From the human T2T-CHM13v2.0 reference genome, Homo sapiens: DNA of 64,000 nt. Location: assembly GCF_009914755.1 (NCBI RefSeq), contig NC_060939.1. One strand, 5' to 3'. The translations under genes and the position numbers were made by a program. Positions 1 to 13,059 of this stretch are shown in pieces (position 1 is the stretch's first letter; every line of letters begins with the position of its first letter). The notes beneath the pieces are model-generated. The model was not told the DNA's origin and searched no databases. It was given only the letters and a program-made list of their open reading frames with translations.

Positions 1-476
1 TTCCACTCCATTCCATTCCACTCGTTTCCTTTCCATTCGAGTCCATTCCTCTCCAGTCCATTCCGTTCAATCCATTCCATTCCAGTCCATTCCATTCGAG
101 TCCGTTCCATTCCAGTCCACTCCATTCGAGTCAATTCCATTCCATTCGATGTCTTTCCATAACGATCCATTCCATTCTATTCCTTTCGATTCCATTCCAT
201 TCTATTTCATTCCATTCGATTCCCTTCCATTGGACTCCTTTCCATTCGAGTGCATTCCATTCCGTTCCATTTCTTTCCGTTCTGTACGATTCCTACCGTT
301 CGATTTCATTTTGTTCCAGTCCATTCCTTTCGCGTCCATTCCATTCCATTTCACTCCATTCGATTCCATTCCACTCGATTCCACTTCGTTCCATTTCATT
401 GCATTCCATTCTATTCAACTCTATTGCCTTCCATTCCATTCCATTCGATTACATTCCATGCGATTCCATTCGAAAT

Positions 477-1680
477 CGAATCAATTACATTGCAATCCAT
501 TACTATTGAGTCCGTTTTATTCCAGTCCACTGCATTCTGGTCCATTCCATTTGATTCCATTCCATTCTATTCCATTCCATACAGTTGCATTCCATTGGAT
601 TCCATGCTATATCTATAAATTCAATTCGAGACCATTGCTTTTGAGTCCATTCTATATGATTCCATTCCATTCAAGTCCATTACATTTGGTTAAATTCCAT
701 TCCATTCGGTTCAATTCCATTCCATTCCATTCCCTTCCATTCCATTCCAGTTGATATCAATCCATTCGATTCCATTCCATTCGAGCACATTCCATTCGAG
801 TCCATTCCATTCGATGCCATTCCATTTGATTCTATTCCATTAGTCTCCATTCAATTCCATTAATCTCCATTCCATTCCATTCTACTCCAACTGATTCCAT
901 TCCATTCTATTCCTTTCCATTCCATTTCATTCCATTCCATTCCATTCCATTCCATTCCATTTGTGTCCATTCCACTCCAGTCCATTCCATTCGTATCCAT
1001 TCCATTCCAGTCCATTCCATTTGTGTCCACTGCATTCCATTCCACTCCATTCCATATTATTCCATTACACTCCATTCCATTCTATTACTTTCATTTCCAT
1101 TCAATTCCATTCCATTTGATTCCATTCCACTCGGTTTCATTCCATTTGAGTCCACTCCATTCCATTCCATTCCATTCAGTTCCATTCCATTCTGTTCCAT
1201 TCCATTCCGTTCCATTACATTCCATTCCATTCGGTACCATTCCATATTGTTCCATTCGTTTCCATTCGAATCCATTCCATTCCAGTCCATTCCATTCGAT
1301 TCCATTCCATTCATTTCAATTCCATTCCATTCCATTCCATTACATTCCACTTGATTCCTCTCCATTCCCTTCCACTGCATTCCGTTCGATTCCATTCCAT
1401 TGCATTGCATTCCATTCCATTGGATTGCATTCCATTCGATTCCATTCCATTCGAATCAATTACGTAGCAATCCATTACATTCGAGTGTATTCTCTTCCGT
1501 TCCATTCGATTTCGTTCCAATCCATTCGATTCCATTCCATTCGATTCCATTCCATACTATTGCATTCCATTCGATTACATTATATTCGAATAAGTTCCAT
1601 TCAAGACCATTTCTTTTGAGTCCATTCTATTTGAGTCCATTCCCTTTGATTCCATGACATTTGAGTCCATTCAATTCCAT
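477..1680 (+). repeat. Internal diverged duplication within the monomer (two homologous landmark blocks 975 bp apart)
   Basis: CGAATCAATTAC..GCAATCCATTAC at 477 and 1452; GACCATT(G/T)CTTTTGAGTCCATTCTAT at 630 and 1605. Both offsets are 975 bp. Confidence 0.85.
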
Positions 1681-3040
1681 TCCTTTCGTTTCCATTCCAT
1701 TTGATGCCATTCCATTCAATTCTGTTCTACTCGACTCCAATACATTCAATTCCATTCCATCCGATTCCATTACATTCTTTTCATTTCTTAACCATTTCAA
1801 GCCATTCCACTCCATTCCATTCCACTCGTTTCCTTTCCATTCGAGTCCATTCCTCTCCAGTCCATTCCGTTCAATCCATTCCATTCCAGTCCATTCCATT
1901 CGAGTCCGTTCCATTCCAGTCCATTCCATTCGAGTCAATTCCATTCCATTCGATGTCTTTCCATAACGATCCATTCCATTCTATTCCTTTCGATTCCATT
2001 CCATTCTATTTCATTCCATTCGATTCCCTTCCATTGGACTCCTTTCCATTCGAGTGCATTCCATTCCGTTCCATTTCTTTCCGTTCTGTACGATTCCTAC
2101 CGTTCGATTTCATTTTCTTCCAGTCCATTCTTTCGCGTCCATTCCATTCCATTTCACTCCATTCGATTCCATTCCACTCGATTCCACTTCGTTCCATTTC
2201 ATTGCATTCCATTCTATTCAACTCTATTGCCTTCCATTCCATTCCATTCGATTACATTCCATGCGATTCCATTCGAAATCGAATCAATTACATTGCAATC
2301 CATTACTATTGAGTCCGTTTTATTCCAGTCCACTGCATTCTGGTCCATTCCATTTGATTCCATTCCATTCTATTCCATTCCATACAGTTGCATTCCATTG
2401 GATTCCATGCTATATCTATAAATTTAATTCGAGACCATTGCTTTTGAGTCCATTCTATATGATTCCATTCCATTCAAGTCCATTACATTTGGTTAAATTC
2501 CATTCCATTCGGTTCAATTCCATTCCATTCCATTCCCTTCCATTCCATTCCAGTTGATATCAATCCATTCGATTCCATTCCATTCGAGCACATTCCATTC
2601 GAGTCCATTCCATTCGATGCCATTCCATTTGATTCTATTCCATTAGTCTCCATTCAATTCCATTAATCTCCATTTCATTCCATTCTACTCCAACTGATTC
2701 CATTCCATTCTATTCCTTTCCATTCCATTTCATTCCATTCCATTCCATTCCATTCCATTCCATTCCATTCGTGTCCATTCCACTCCAGTCCATTCCATTC
2801 GTATCCATTCCATTCCAGTCCATTCCATTTGTGTCCACTGCATTCCATTCCACTCCATTCCATATTATTCCATTACACTCCATTCCATTCTATTACTTTC
2901 ATTTCCATTCAATTCCATTCCATTTGATTCCATTCCACTCGGTTTCATTCCATTTGAGTCCACTCCATTCCATTCCATTCCATTCAGTTCCATTCCATTC
3001 TGTTCCATTCCATTCCGTTCCGTTACATTCCATTCCATTC
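1233..3040 (+). repeat. Representative 1,808 bp monomer (KpnI to KpnI); likely D15Z1 / HSat3A5-type 1.8-kb KpnI satellite of chr15p
   Basis: GGTACC at 1233 and 3041. A fixed landmark (start of the artefactual MSPFNS ORF) recurs at 1661, 3469, 5272, 7075, 9468, 11281, 13060, 14873 ... 60221, 62034, with spacings mostly 1798/1803/1808/1813. One GATATC (753) and usually one GATC per monomer. A 1.8-kb KpnI-defined Sat3 repeat is the classic description of D15Z1; chromosome assignment not verified by alignment. Confidence 0.75.
2731..2770 (+). repeat. Perfect (CATTC)n tract, variable in copy number between monomers (example shown, n=8)
   Basis: Tract just before GTGTCCATTCCACTCCAG: n=8 at 2731-2770, n=7 at 4539-4573, n=10 at 10533-10582. 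Its length accounts for the 5-bp steps in monomer length (1798/1803/1808/1813 = n of 6/7/8/9). Confidence 0.9.
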
Positions 3041-6000
3041 GGTACCATTCCATATTGTTCCATTCGATTCCATTCGAATCCATTCCATTCCAGTCCATTC
3101 CATTCGATTCCATTCCATTCATTTCAATTCCATTCCATTCCATTCCATTACATTCCACTTGATTCCTCTCCATTCCCTTCCACTGCATTCCGTTCGATTC
3201 CATTCCATTGCATTGCATTCCATTCCATTGGATTGCATTCCATTCGATTCCATTCCATTCGAATCAATTACATAGCAATCCATTACATTCGAGTCTATTC
3301 TCTTCCGTTCCATTCGATTTCGTTCCAATCCATTCGATTCCATTCCATTCGATTCCATTCCATACTATTGCATTCCATTCGATTACATTATATTCGAATA
3401 AGTTCCATTCAAGACCATTTCTTTTGAGTCCATTCTATTTGAGTCCATTCCCTTTGATTCCATAACATTTGAGTCCATTCAATTCCATTCCTTTCGTTTC
3501 CATTCCATTTGATGCCATTCCATTCAATTCTGTTCTACTCGACTCCAATACATTCAATTCCATTCCATCCGATTCCATTACATTCTTTTCATTTCTTATC
3601 CATTTCAAGCCATTCCACTCCATTCCATTCCACTCGTTTCCTTTCCATTCGAGTCCATTCCTCTCCAGTCCATTCCGTTCAATCCATTCCATTCCAGTCC
3701 ATTCCATTCGAGTCCGTTCCATTCCAGTCCATTCCATTCGAGTCAATTCCATTCCATTCGATGTCTTTCCATAACGATCCATTCCATTCTATTCCTTTCG
3801 ATTCCATTCCATTCTATTTCATTCCATTCGATTCCCTTCCATTGGACTCCTTTCCATTCGAGTGCATTCCATTCCGTTCCATTTCTTTCCGTTCTGTACG
3901 ATTCCTACCGTTCGATTTCATTTTGGTCCAGTCCATTCTTTTGCGTCCATTCCATTCCATTTCACTCCATTCGATTCCATTCCACTCGATTCCACTTCGT
4001 TCCATTTCATTGCATTCCATTCTATTCAACTCTATTGCCTTCCATTCCATTCCATTCGATTATATTCCATGCGATTCCATTCGAAATCGAATCAATTACA
4101 TTGCAATCCATTACTATTGAGTCCGTTTTATTCCAGTCCACTGCATTCTGGTCCATTCCATTTGATTCCATTCCATTCTATTCCATTCCATACAGTTGCA
4201 TTCCATTGGATTCCATGCTATATCTATAAATTCAATTCGAGACCATTGCTTTTGAGTCCATTCTATATGATTCCATTCCATTCAAGTCCATTACATTTGG
4301 TTAAATTCCATTCCATTCGGTTCAATTCCATTCCATTCCATTCCCTTCCATTCCATTCCAGTTGATATCAATCCATTCGATTCCATTCCATTCGAGCACA
4401 TTCCATTCGAGTCCATTCCATTCGATGCCATTCCATTTGATTCTATTCCATTAGTCTCCATTCAATTCCATTAATCTCCATTCCATTCCATTCTACTCCA
4501 ACTGATTCCATTCCATTCTATTCCTTTCCATTCCATTTCATTCCATTCCATTCCATTCCATTCCATTCCATTCGTGTCCATTCCACTCCAGTCCATTCCA
4601 TTCGTATCCATTCCATTCCAGTCCATTCCATTTGTGTCCACTGCATTCCATTCCACTCCATTCCATATTATTCCATTACACTCCATTCCATTCTATTACT
4701 TTCATTTCCATTCAATTCCATTCCATTTGATTCCATTCCACTCGGTTTCATTCCATTTGAGTCCACTCCATTCCATTCGATTCCATTCAGTTCCATTCCA
4801 TTCTGTTCCATTCCATTCCGTTCCATTACATTCCATTCCATTCGGTACCATTCCATATTGTTCCATTCGATTCCATTCGAATCCATTCCATTCCAGTCCA
4901 TTCCATTCGATTCCATTCCATTCATTTCAATTCCATTCCATTCCATTCCATTACATTCCACTTGATTCCTCTCCATTCCCTTCCACTGCATTCCGTTCGA
5001 TTCCATTCCATTGCATTGCATTCCATTCCATTGGATTGCATTCCATTCGATTCCATTCCATTCGAATCAATTACATAGCAATCCATTACATTCGAGTCTA
5101 TTCTCTTCCGTTCCATTCGATTTCGTTCCAATCCATTCGATTCCATTCCATTCGATTCCATTCCATACTATTGCATTCCATTCGATTACATTATATTCGA
5201 ATAAGTTCCATTCAAGACCATTTCTTTTGAGTCCATTCTATTTGAGTCCATTCCGTTTGATTCCATAACATTTGAGTCCATTCAATTCCATTCCTTTCGT
5301 TTCCATTCCATTTGATGCCATTCCATTCAATTCTGTTCTACTCGACTCCAATACATTCAATTCCATTCCATCCGATTCCATTACATTCTTTTCATTTCTT
5401 ATCCATTTCAAGCCATTCCACTCCATTCCATTCCACTCGTTTCCTTTCCATTCGAGTCCATTCCTCTCCAGTCCATTCCGTTCAATCCATTCCATTCCAG
5501 TCCATTCCATTCGAGTCCGTTCCATTCCAGTCCATTCCATTCGAGTCAATTCCATTCCATTCGATGTCTTTCCATAACGATCCATTCCATTCTATTCCTT
5601 TCGATTCCATTCCATTCTATTTCATTCCATTCGATTCCCTTCCATTGGACTCCTTTCCATTCGAGTGCATTCCATTCCGTTCCATTTCTTTCCGTTCTGT
5701 ACGATTCCTACCGTTCGATTTCATTTTGTTCCAGTCCATTCTTTCGCGTCCATTCCATTCCATTTCACTCCATTCGATTCCATTCCACTCGATTCCACTT
5801 CGTTCCATTTCATTGCATTCCATTCTATTCAACTCTATTGCCTTCCATTCCATTCCATTCGATTACATTCCATGCGATTCCATTCGAAATCGAATCAATT
5901 ACATTGCAATCCATTACTATTGAGTCCGTTTTATTCCAGTCCACTGCATTCTGGTCCATTCCATTTGATTCCATTCCATTCTATTCCATTCCATACAGTT

Positions 6001-7074
6001 GCATTCCATTGGATTCCATGCTATATCTATAAATTCAATTCGAGACCATTGCTTTTGAGTCCATTCTATATGATTCCATTCCATTCAAGTCCATTACATT
6101 TGGTTAAATTCCATTCCATTCGGTTCAATTCCATTCCATTCCATTCCCTTCCATTCCATTCCAGTTGATATCAATCCATTCGATTCCATTCCATTCGAGC
6201 ACATTCCATTCGAGTCCATTCCATTCGATGCCATTCCATTTGATTCTATTCCATTAGTCTCCATTCAATTCCATTAATCTCCATTCCATTCCATTCTACT
6301 CCAACTGATTCCATTCCATTCTATTCCTTTTTATTCCATTTCATTCCATTCCATTCCATTCCATTCCATTCCATTCGTGTCCATTCCACTCCAGTCCATT
6401 CCATTCGTATCCATTCCATTCCAGTCCATTCCATTTGTGTCCACTGCATTCCATTCCACTCCATTCCATATTATTCCATTACACTCCATTCCATTCTATT
6501 ACTTTCATTTCCATTCAATTCCATTCCATTTGATTCCATTCCACTCGGTTTCATTCCATTTGAGTCCACTCCATTCCATTCCATTCCACTCAGTTCCATT
6601 CCATTCTGTTCCATTCCATTCCGTTCCATTACATTCCATTCCATTCGGTACCATTCCATATTGTTCCATTCGTTTCCATTCGAATCCATTCCATTCCAGT
6701 CCATTCCATTCGATTCCATTCCATTCATTTCAATTCCATTCCATTCCATTCCATTACATTCCACTTGATTCCTCTCCATTCCCTTCCACTGCATTCCGTT
6801 CGATTCCATTCCATTGCATTGCATTCCATTCCATTGGATTGCATTCCATTCGATTCCATTCCATTCGAATCAATTACATAGCAATCCATTACATTCGAGT
6901 CTATTCTCTTCCGTTCCATTCGATTTCGTTCCAATCCATTCGATTCCATTCCATTCGATTCCATTCCATACTATTGCATTCCATTCGATTACATTATATT
7001 CGAATAAGTTCCATTCAAGACCATTTCTTTTGAGTCCATTCTATTTGAGTCCATTCCCTTTGATTCCATAACAT

Positions 7075-9467
7075 TTGAGTCCATTCAATTCCATTCCTTT
7101 CGTTTCCATTCCATTTGATGCCATTCCATTCAATTCTGTTCTACTCGACTCCAATACATTCAATTCCATTCCATCCGATTCCATTACATTCTTTTCATTT
7201 CTTATCCATTTCAAGCCATTCCACTCCATTCCATTCCACTCGTTTCCTTTCCATTCGAGTCCATTCCTCTCCAGTCCATTCCGTTCAATCCATTCCATTC
7301 CAGTCCATTCCATTCGAGTCCGTTCCATTCCAGTCCATTCCATTCGAGTCAATTCCATTCCATTCGATGTCTTTCCATAACGATCCATTCCATTCTATTC
7401 CTTTCGATTCCATTCCATTCTATTTCATTCCATTCGATTCCCTTCCATTGGACTCCTTTCCATTCGAGTGCATTCCATTCCGTTCCATTTCTTTCCGTTC
7501 TGTACGATTCCTACCGTTCGATTTCATTTTGTTCCAGTCCATTCTTTCGCGTCCATTCCATTCCATTTCACTCCATTCGATTCCATTCCACTCGATTCCA
7601 CTTCGTTCCATTTCATTGCATTCCATTCTATTCAACTCTATTGCCTTCCATTCCATTCCATTCGATTACATTCCATGCGACTCCATTCGAAATCGAATCA
7701 ATTACATTGCAATCCATTACTATTGAGTCCGTTTTATTCCAGTCCACTGCATTCTGGTCCATTCCATTTGATTCCATTCCATTCTATTCCATTCCATACA
7801 GTTGCATTCCATTGGATTCCATGCTATATCTATAAATTCAATTCGAGACCATTGCTTTTGAGTCCATTCTATATGATTCCATTCCATTCAAGTCCATTAC
7901 ATTTGGTTCAATTCCATTCCATTCGGTTCAATTCCATTCCATTCCATTCCCTTCCATTCCATTCCAGTTGATATCAATCCATTCGATTCCATTCCATTCG
8001 AGCACATTCCATTCGAGTCCATTCCATTCGATGCCATTCCATTTGATTCTATTCCATTAGTCTCCATTCAATTCCATTAATCTCCATTCCATTCCATTCT
8101 ACTCCAACTGATTCCATTCCATTCTATTCCTTTCCATTCCATTTCATTCCATTCCATTCCATTCCATTCCATTCAATTCGTGTCCATTCCACTCCAGTCC
8201 ATTCCATTCCAGTCCATTCCATTTGTGTCCACTGCATTCCATTCCACTCCATTCCATATTATTCCATTACACTCCATTCCATTCTATTACTTTCATTTCC
8301 ATTCAATTCCATTCCATTTGATTCCATTCCACTCGGTTTCATTCCATTTGAGTCCACTCCATTCCATTCCATTCGATTCCATTCAGTTCCATTCCATTCT
8401 GTTCCATTCCATTCCGTTCCATTACATTCCATTCCATTCGGTACCATTCCATATTGTTCCATTCGATTCCATTCGAATCCATTCCATTCCAGTCCATTCC
8501 ATTCGATTCCATTCCATTCATTTCAATTCCATTCCATTTGATTCCATTCCACTCGGTTTCATTCCATTTGAGTCCACTCCATTCCATTCCATTCTATTCC
8601 ATTCAGTTCCATTCCATTCTGTTCCATTCCATTCCGTTCCATTACATTCCATTCCATTCGGTACCATTCCATATTGTTCCATTCGATTCCATTCGAATCC
8701 ATTCCATTCCAGTCCATTCCATTCGATTCCATTTCATTCCATTCCATTCCATTCCATTCCATTCCATTCGTGTCCATTCCACTCCAGTCCATTCCATTCG
8801 TATCCATTCCATTCCAGTCCATTCCATTTGTGTCCACTGCATTCCATTCCACTCCATTCCATATTATTCCATTACACTCCATTCCATTCTATTACTTTCA
8901 TTTCCATTCAGTTCCATTCCATTTGATTCCATTCCACTCGGTTTCATTCCATTTGAGTCCACTCCATTCCATTCCATTCCATTCAGTTCCATTCCATTCT
9001 GTTCCATTCCATTCCGTTCCATTACATTCCATTCCATTCGGTACCATTCCATATTGTTCCATTCGATTCCATTCGAATCCATTCCATTCCAGTCCATTCC
9101 ATTCGATTCCATTCCATTCATTTCAATTCCATTCCATTCCATTCCATTACATTCCACTTGATTCCTCTCCATTCCCTTCCACTGCATTCCGTTCGATTCC
9201 ATTCCATTGCATTGCATTCCATTCCATTGGATTGCATTCCATTCGATTCCATTCCATTCGAATCAATTACATAGCAATCCATTACATTCGAGTCTATTCT
9301 CTTCCGTTCCATTCGATTTCGTTCCAATCCATTCGATTCCATTCCATTCGATTCCATTCCATACTATTGCATTCCATTCGATTACATTATATTCGAATAA
9401 GTTCCATTCAAGACCATTTCTTTTGAGTCCATTCTATTTGAGTCCATTCCCTTTGATTCCATAACAT
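7075..9467 (+). repeat. Enlarged 2,393 bp monomer with nested internal duplications (three KpnI sites)
   Basis: Landmark spacing 7075 to 9468 = 2393. GGTACC at 8440, 8660 and 9040. The block starting GTGTCCATTCCACTCCAG occurs at both 8180 and 8770 (590 bp apart). Confidence 0.92.
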
Positions 9468-11569
9468 TTGAGTCCATTCAATTCCATTCCTTTCGTTTCC
9501 ATTCCATTTGATGCCATTCCATTCAATTCTGTTCTACTCGACTCCAATACATTCAATTCCATTCCATCCGATTCCATTACATTCTTTTCATTTCTTATCC
9601 ATTTCAAGCCATTCCACTCCATTCCATTCCACTCGTTTCCTTTCCATTCGAGTCCATTCCTCTCCAGTCCATTCTGTTCAATCCATTCCATTCCAGTCCA
9701 TTCCATTCGAGTCCGTTCCATTCCAGTCCATTCCATTCGAGTCAATTCCATTCCATTCGATGTCTTTCCATAACGATCCATTCCATTCTATTCCTTTCGA
9801 TTCCATTCCATTCTATTTCATTCCATTCGATTCCCTTCCATTGGACTCCTTTCCATTCGAGTGCATTCCATTCCGTTCCATTTCTTTCCGTTCTGTACGA
9901 TTCCTACCGTTCGATTTCATTTTCTTCCAGTCCATTCTTTCGCGTCCATTCCATTCCATTTCACTCCATTCGATTCCATTCCACTCGATTCCACTTCGTT
10001 CCATTTCATTGCATTCCATTCTATTCAACTCTATTGCCTTCCATTCCATTCCATTCGATTACATTCCATGCGATTCCATTCGAAATCGAATCAATTACAT
10101 TGCAATCCATTACTATTGAGTCCGTTTTATTCCAGTCCACTGCATTCTGGTCCATTCCATTTGATTCCATTCCATTCTATTCCATTCCATACAGTTGCAT
10201 TCCATTGGATTCCATGCTATATCTATAAATTCAATTCGAGACCATTGCTTTTGAGTCCATTCTATATGATTCCATTCCATTCAAGTCCATTACATTTGGT
10301 TAAATTCCATTCCATTCGGTTCAATTCCATTCCATTCCATTCCCTTCCATTCCATTCCAGTTGATATCAATCCATTCGATTCCATTCCATTCGAGCACAT
10401 TCCATTCGAGTCCATTCCATTCGATGCCATTCCATTTGATTCTATTCCATTAGTCTCCATTCAATTCCATTAATCTCCATTCCATTCCATTCTACTCCAA
10501 CTGATTCCATTCCATTCTATTCCTTTTTATTCCATTCCATTCCATTCCATTCCATTCCATTCCATTCCATTCCATTCCATTCGTGTCCATTCCACTCCAG
10601 TCCATTCCATTCGTATCCATTCCATTCCAGTCCATTCCATTTGTGTCCACTGCATTCCATTCCACTCCATTCCATATTATTCCATTACACTCCATTCCAT
10701 TCTATTACTTTCATTTCCATTCAATTCCATTCCATTTGATTCCATTCCACTCGGTTTCATTCTATTTGAGTCCACTCCATTCCATTCCATTCCATTCAGT
10801 TCCATTCCATTCTGTTCCATTCCATTCCGTTCCATTACATTGCATTCCATTCGGTACCATTCCATATTGTTCCATTCGATTCCATTCGAATCCATTCCAT
10901 TCCAGTCCATTCCATTCGATTCCATTCCATTCATTTCAATTCCATTCCATTCCATTCCATTACATTCCACTTGATTCCTCTCCATTCCCTTCCACTGCAT
11001 TCCGTTCGATTCCATTCCATTGCATTGCATTCCATTCCATTGGATTGCATTCCATTCGATTCCATTCCATTCGAATCAATTACATAGCAATCCATTACAT
11101 TCGAGTCTATTCTCTTCCGTTCCATTCGATTTCGTTCCAATCCATTCGATTCCATTCCATTCGATTCCATTCCATACTATTGCATTCCATTCGATTACAT
11201 TATATTCGAATAAGTTCCATTCAAGACCATTTCTTTTGAGTCCATTCTATTTGAGTCCATTCCCTTTGATTCCATAACATTTGAGTCCATTCAATTCCAT
11301 TCCTTTCGTTTCCATTCCATTTGATGCCATTCCATTCAATTCTGTTCTACTCGACTCCAATACATTCAATTCCATTCCATCCGATTCCATTACATTCTTT
11401 TCATTTCTTATCCATTTCAAGCCATTCCACTCCATTCCATTCCACTCGTTTCCTTTCCATTCGAGTCCATTCCTCTCCAGTCCATTCCGTTCAATCCATT
11501 CCATTCCAGTCCATTCCATTCGAGTCCGTTCCATTCCAGTCCATTCCATTCGAGTCAATTCCATTCCAT

Positions 11570-12760
11570 TAGATGTCTTTCCATAACCATCCATTCCATT
11601 CTATTCCTTTCGATTCCATTCCATTCTATTTCATTCCATTCGATTCCCTTCCATTGGACTCCTTTCCATTCGAGTGCATTCCATTCCGTTCCATTTCTTT
11701 CCGTTCTGTACGATTCCTACCGTTCGATTTCATTTTGTTCCAGTCCATTCCTTTCGCGTTCATTCCATTCCATTTCACTCCATTCGATTCCATTCCACTC
11801 GATTCCACTTCGTTCCATTTCATTGCATTCCATTCTATTCAACTCTATTGCCTTCCATTCCATTCCATTCGATTACATTCCATGCGATTCCATTCGAAAT
11901 CGAATCAATTACATTGCAAACCATTACTATTGAGTCCGTTTTATTCCAGTCCACTGCATTCTGGTCCATTCCATTTGATTCCATTCCATTCTATTCCATT
12001 CCATACAGTTGCATTCCATTGGATTCCATGCTATATCTATAAATTCAATTCGAGACCATTGCTTTTGAGTCCATTCTATATGATTCCTTTCCATTCAATT
12101 CCATTACATTTGGTTCAATTCCATTCCATTCCATTCCCTTTCATTCCATTCCATTTGATATCAATCCATTCGATTCCATTCCATTCGAGCACATTCCATT
12201 CGAGTCCATTCCATTCGATGCCATTCCATTTGATTCTATTCCATTACTCTCCATTCAATTCCATTAATCTCCATTCCATTCCATTCTACTCCAACTGATT
12301 CCATTCCATTCTATTCCTTTCCATTCCATTTCATTCCATTCCATTCCATACCATTCCATTCCATTCCATTCCAATCGTGTCCATTCCACTCCAGTCCATT
12401 CCATTCGTGTTTATTCCATTCCAATCCATTCCATTTGTGTCCACTGCATTCCATTCCACTCCATTCCATATTATTCCTTTACACTCCATTCCATTCTATT
12501 ACTTTCATTTCCATTCAATTCCATTCCATTTGATTCCATTCCACTCGGTTTCATTCCATTTGAGTTCACTCCATTCCATTCCATTCCATTCCATTCAGTT
12601 CCATTCCATTCCGTTCCATTACATTCCATTCCATTCGGTACCATTCCATATTGTTCCATTCGATTCCATTCGAATCCATTCCATTGCAGTCCATTCCATT
12701 CGATTCCATTCCATTCATTTCAATTCCATTCCATTCCATTCCATTCCACTTGATTCCTCT
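11570..12760 (+). repeat. Type-B variant monomer segment (copy 1)
   Basis: Linked variants: CCATTCCTTTCGCG (+1 C), GCAAACC, single GGTTCAATT (20 bp shorter), CCCTTTCATT...CATTTGATATC, GAGTTCACT, no CTGTT decamer (10 bp shorter), TTGCAGTCC. Monomer length 1779. Confidence 0.85.
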
Positions 12761-13059
12761 CCATTCCCTTCCACTGCATTCCGTTCGATTCCATTCCATT
12801 GCATTGCATTCCATTCCATTGGATTGCATTCCATTCGATTCCATTCCATTCGAATCAATTACATAGCAATCCATTACATTCGAGTCTATTCTCTTCCGTT
12901 CCATTCGATTTCGTTCCAATCCATTCGATTCCATTCCATTCGATTCCATTCCATACTATTGCATTCCATTCGATTACATTATATTCGAATAAGTTCCATT
13001 CAAGACCATTTCTTTTGAGTCCATTCTATTTGAGTCCATTCCCTTTGATTCCATAACAT

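Noticed and set aside
465-485. TTCGAA motifs as canonical heat-shock elements
   Set aside because: A canonical HSE needs alternating inverted nGAAn units (TTCnnGAA spacing). Here TTC and GAA are directly adjacent and the other nGAAn units are head-to-tail, so no canonical HSE can be called.
1400-1430. TTGCATTGCATT palindromic patch as hairpin, terminator or regulatory site
   Set aside because: It is explained by single C-to-G changes in adjacent pentamers and is too short to support a structural call.
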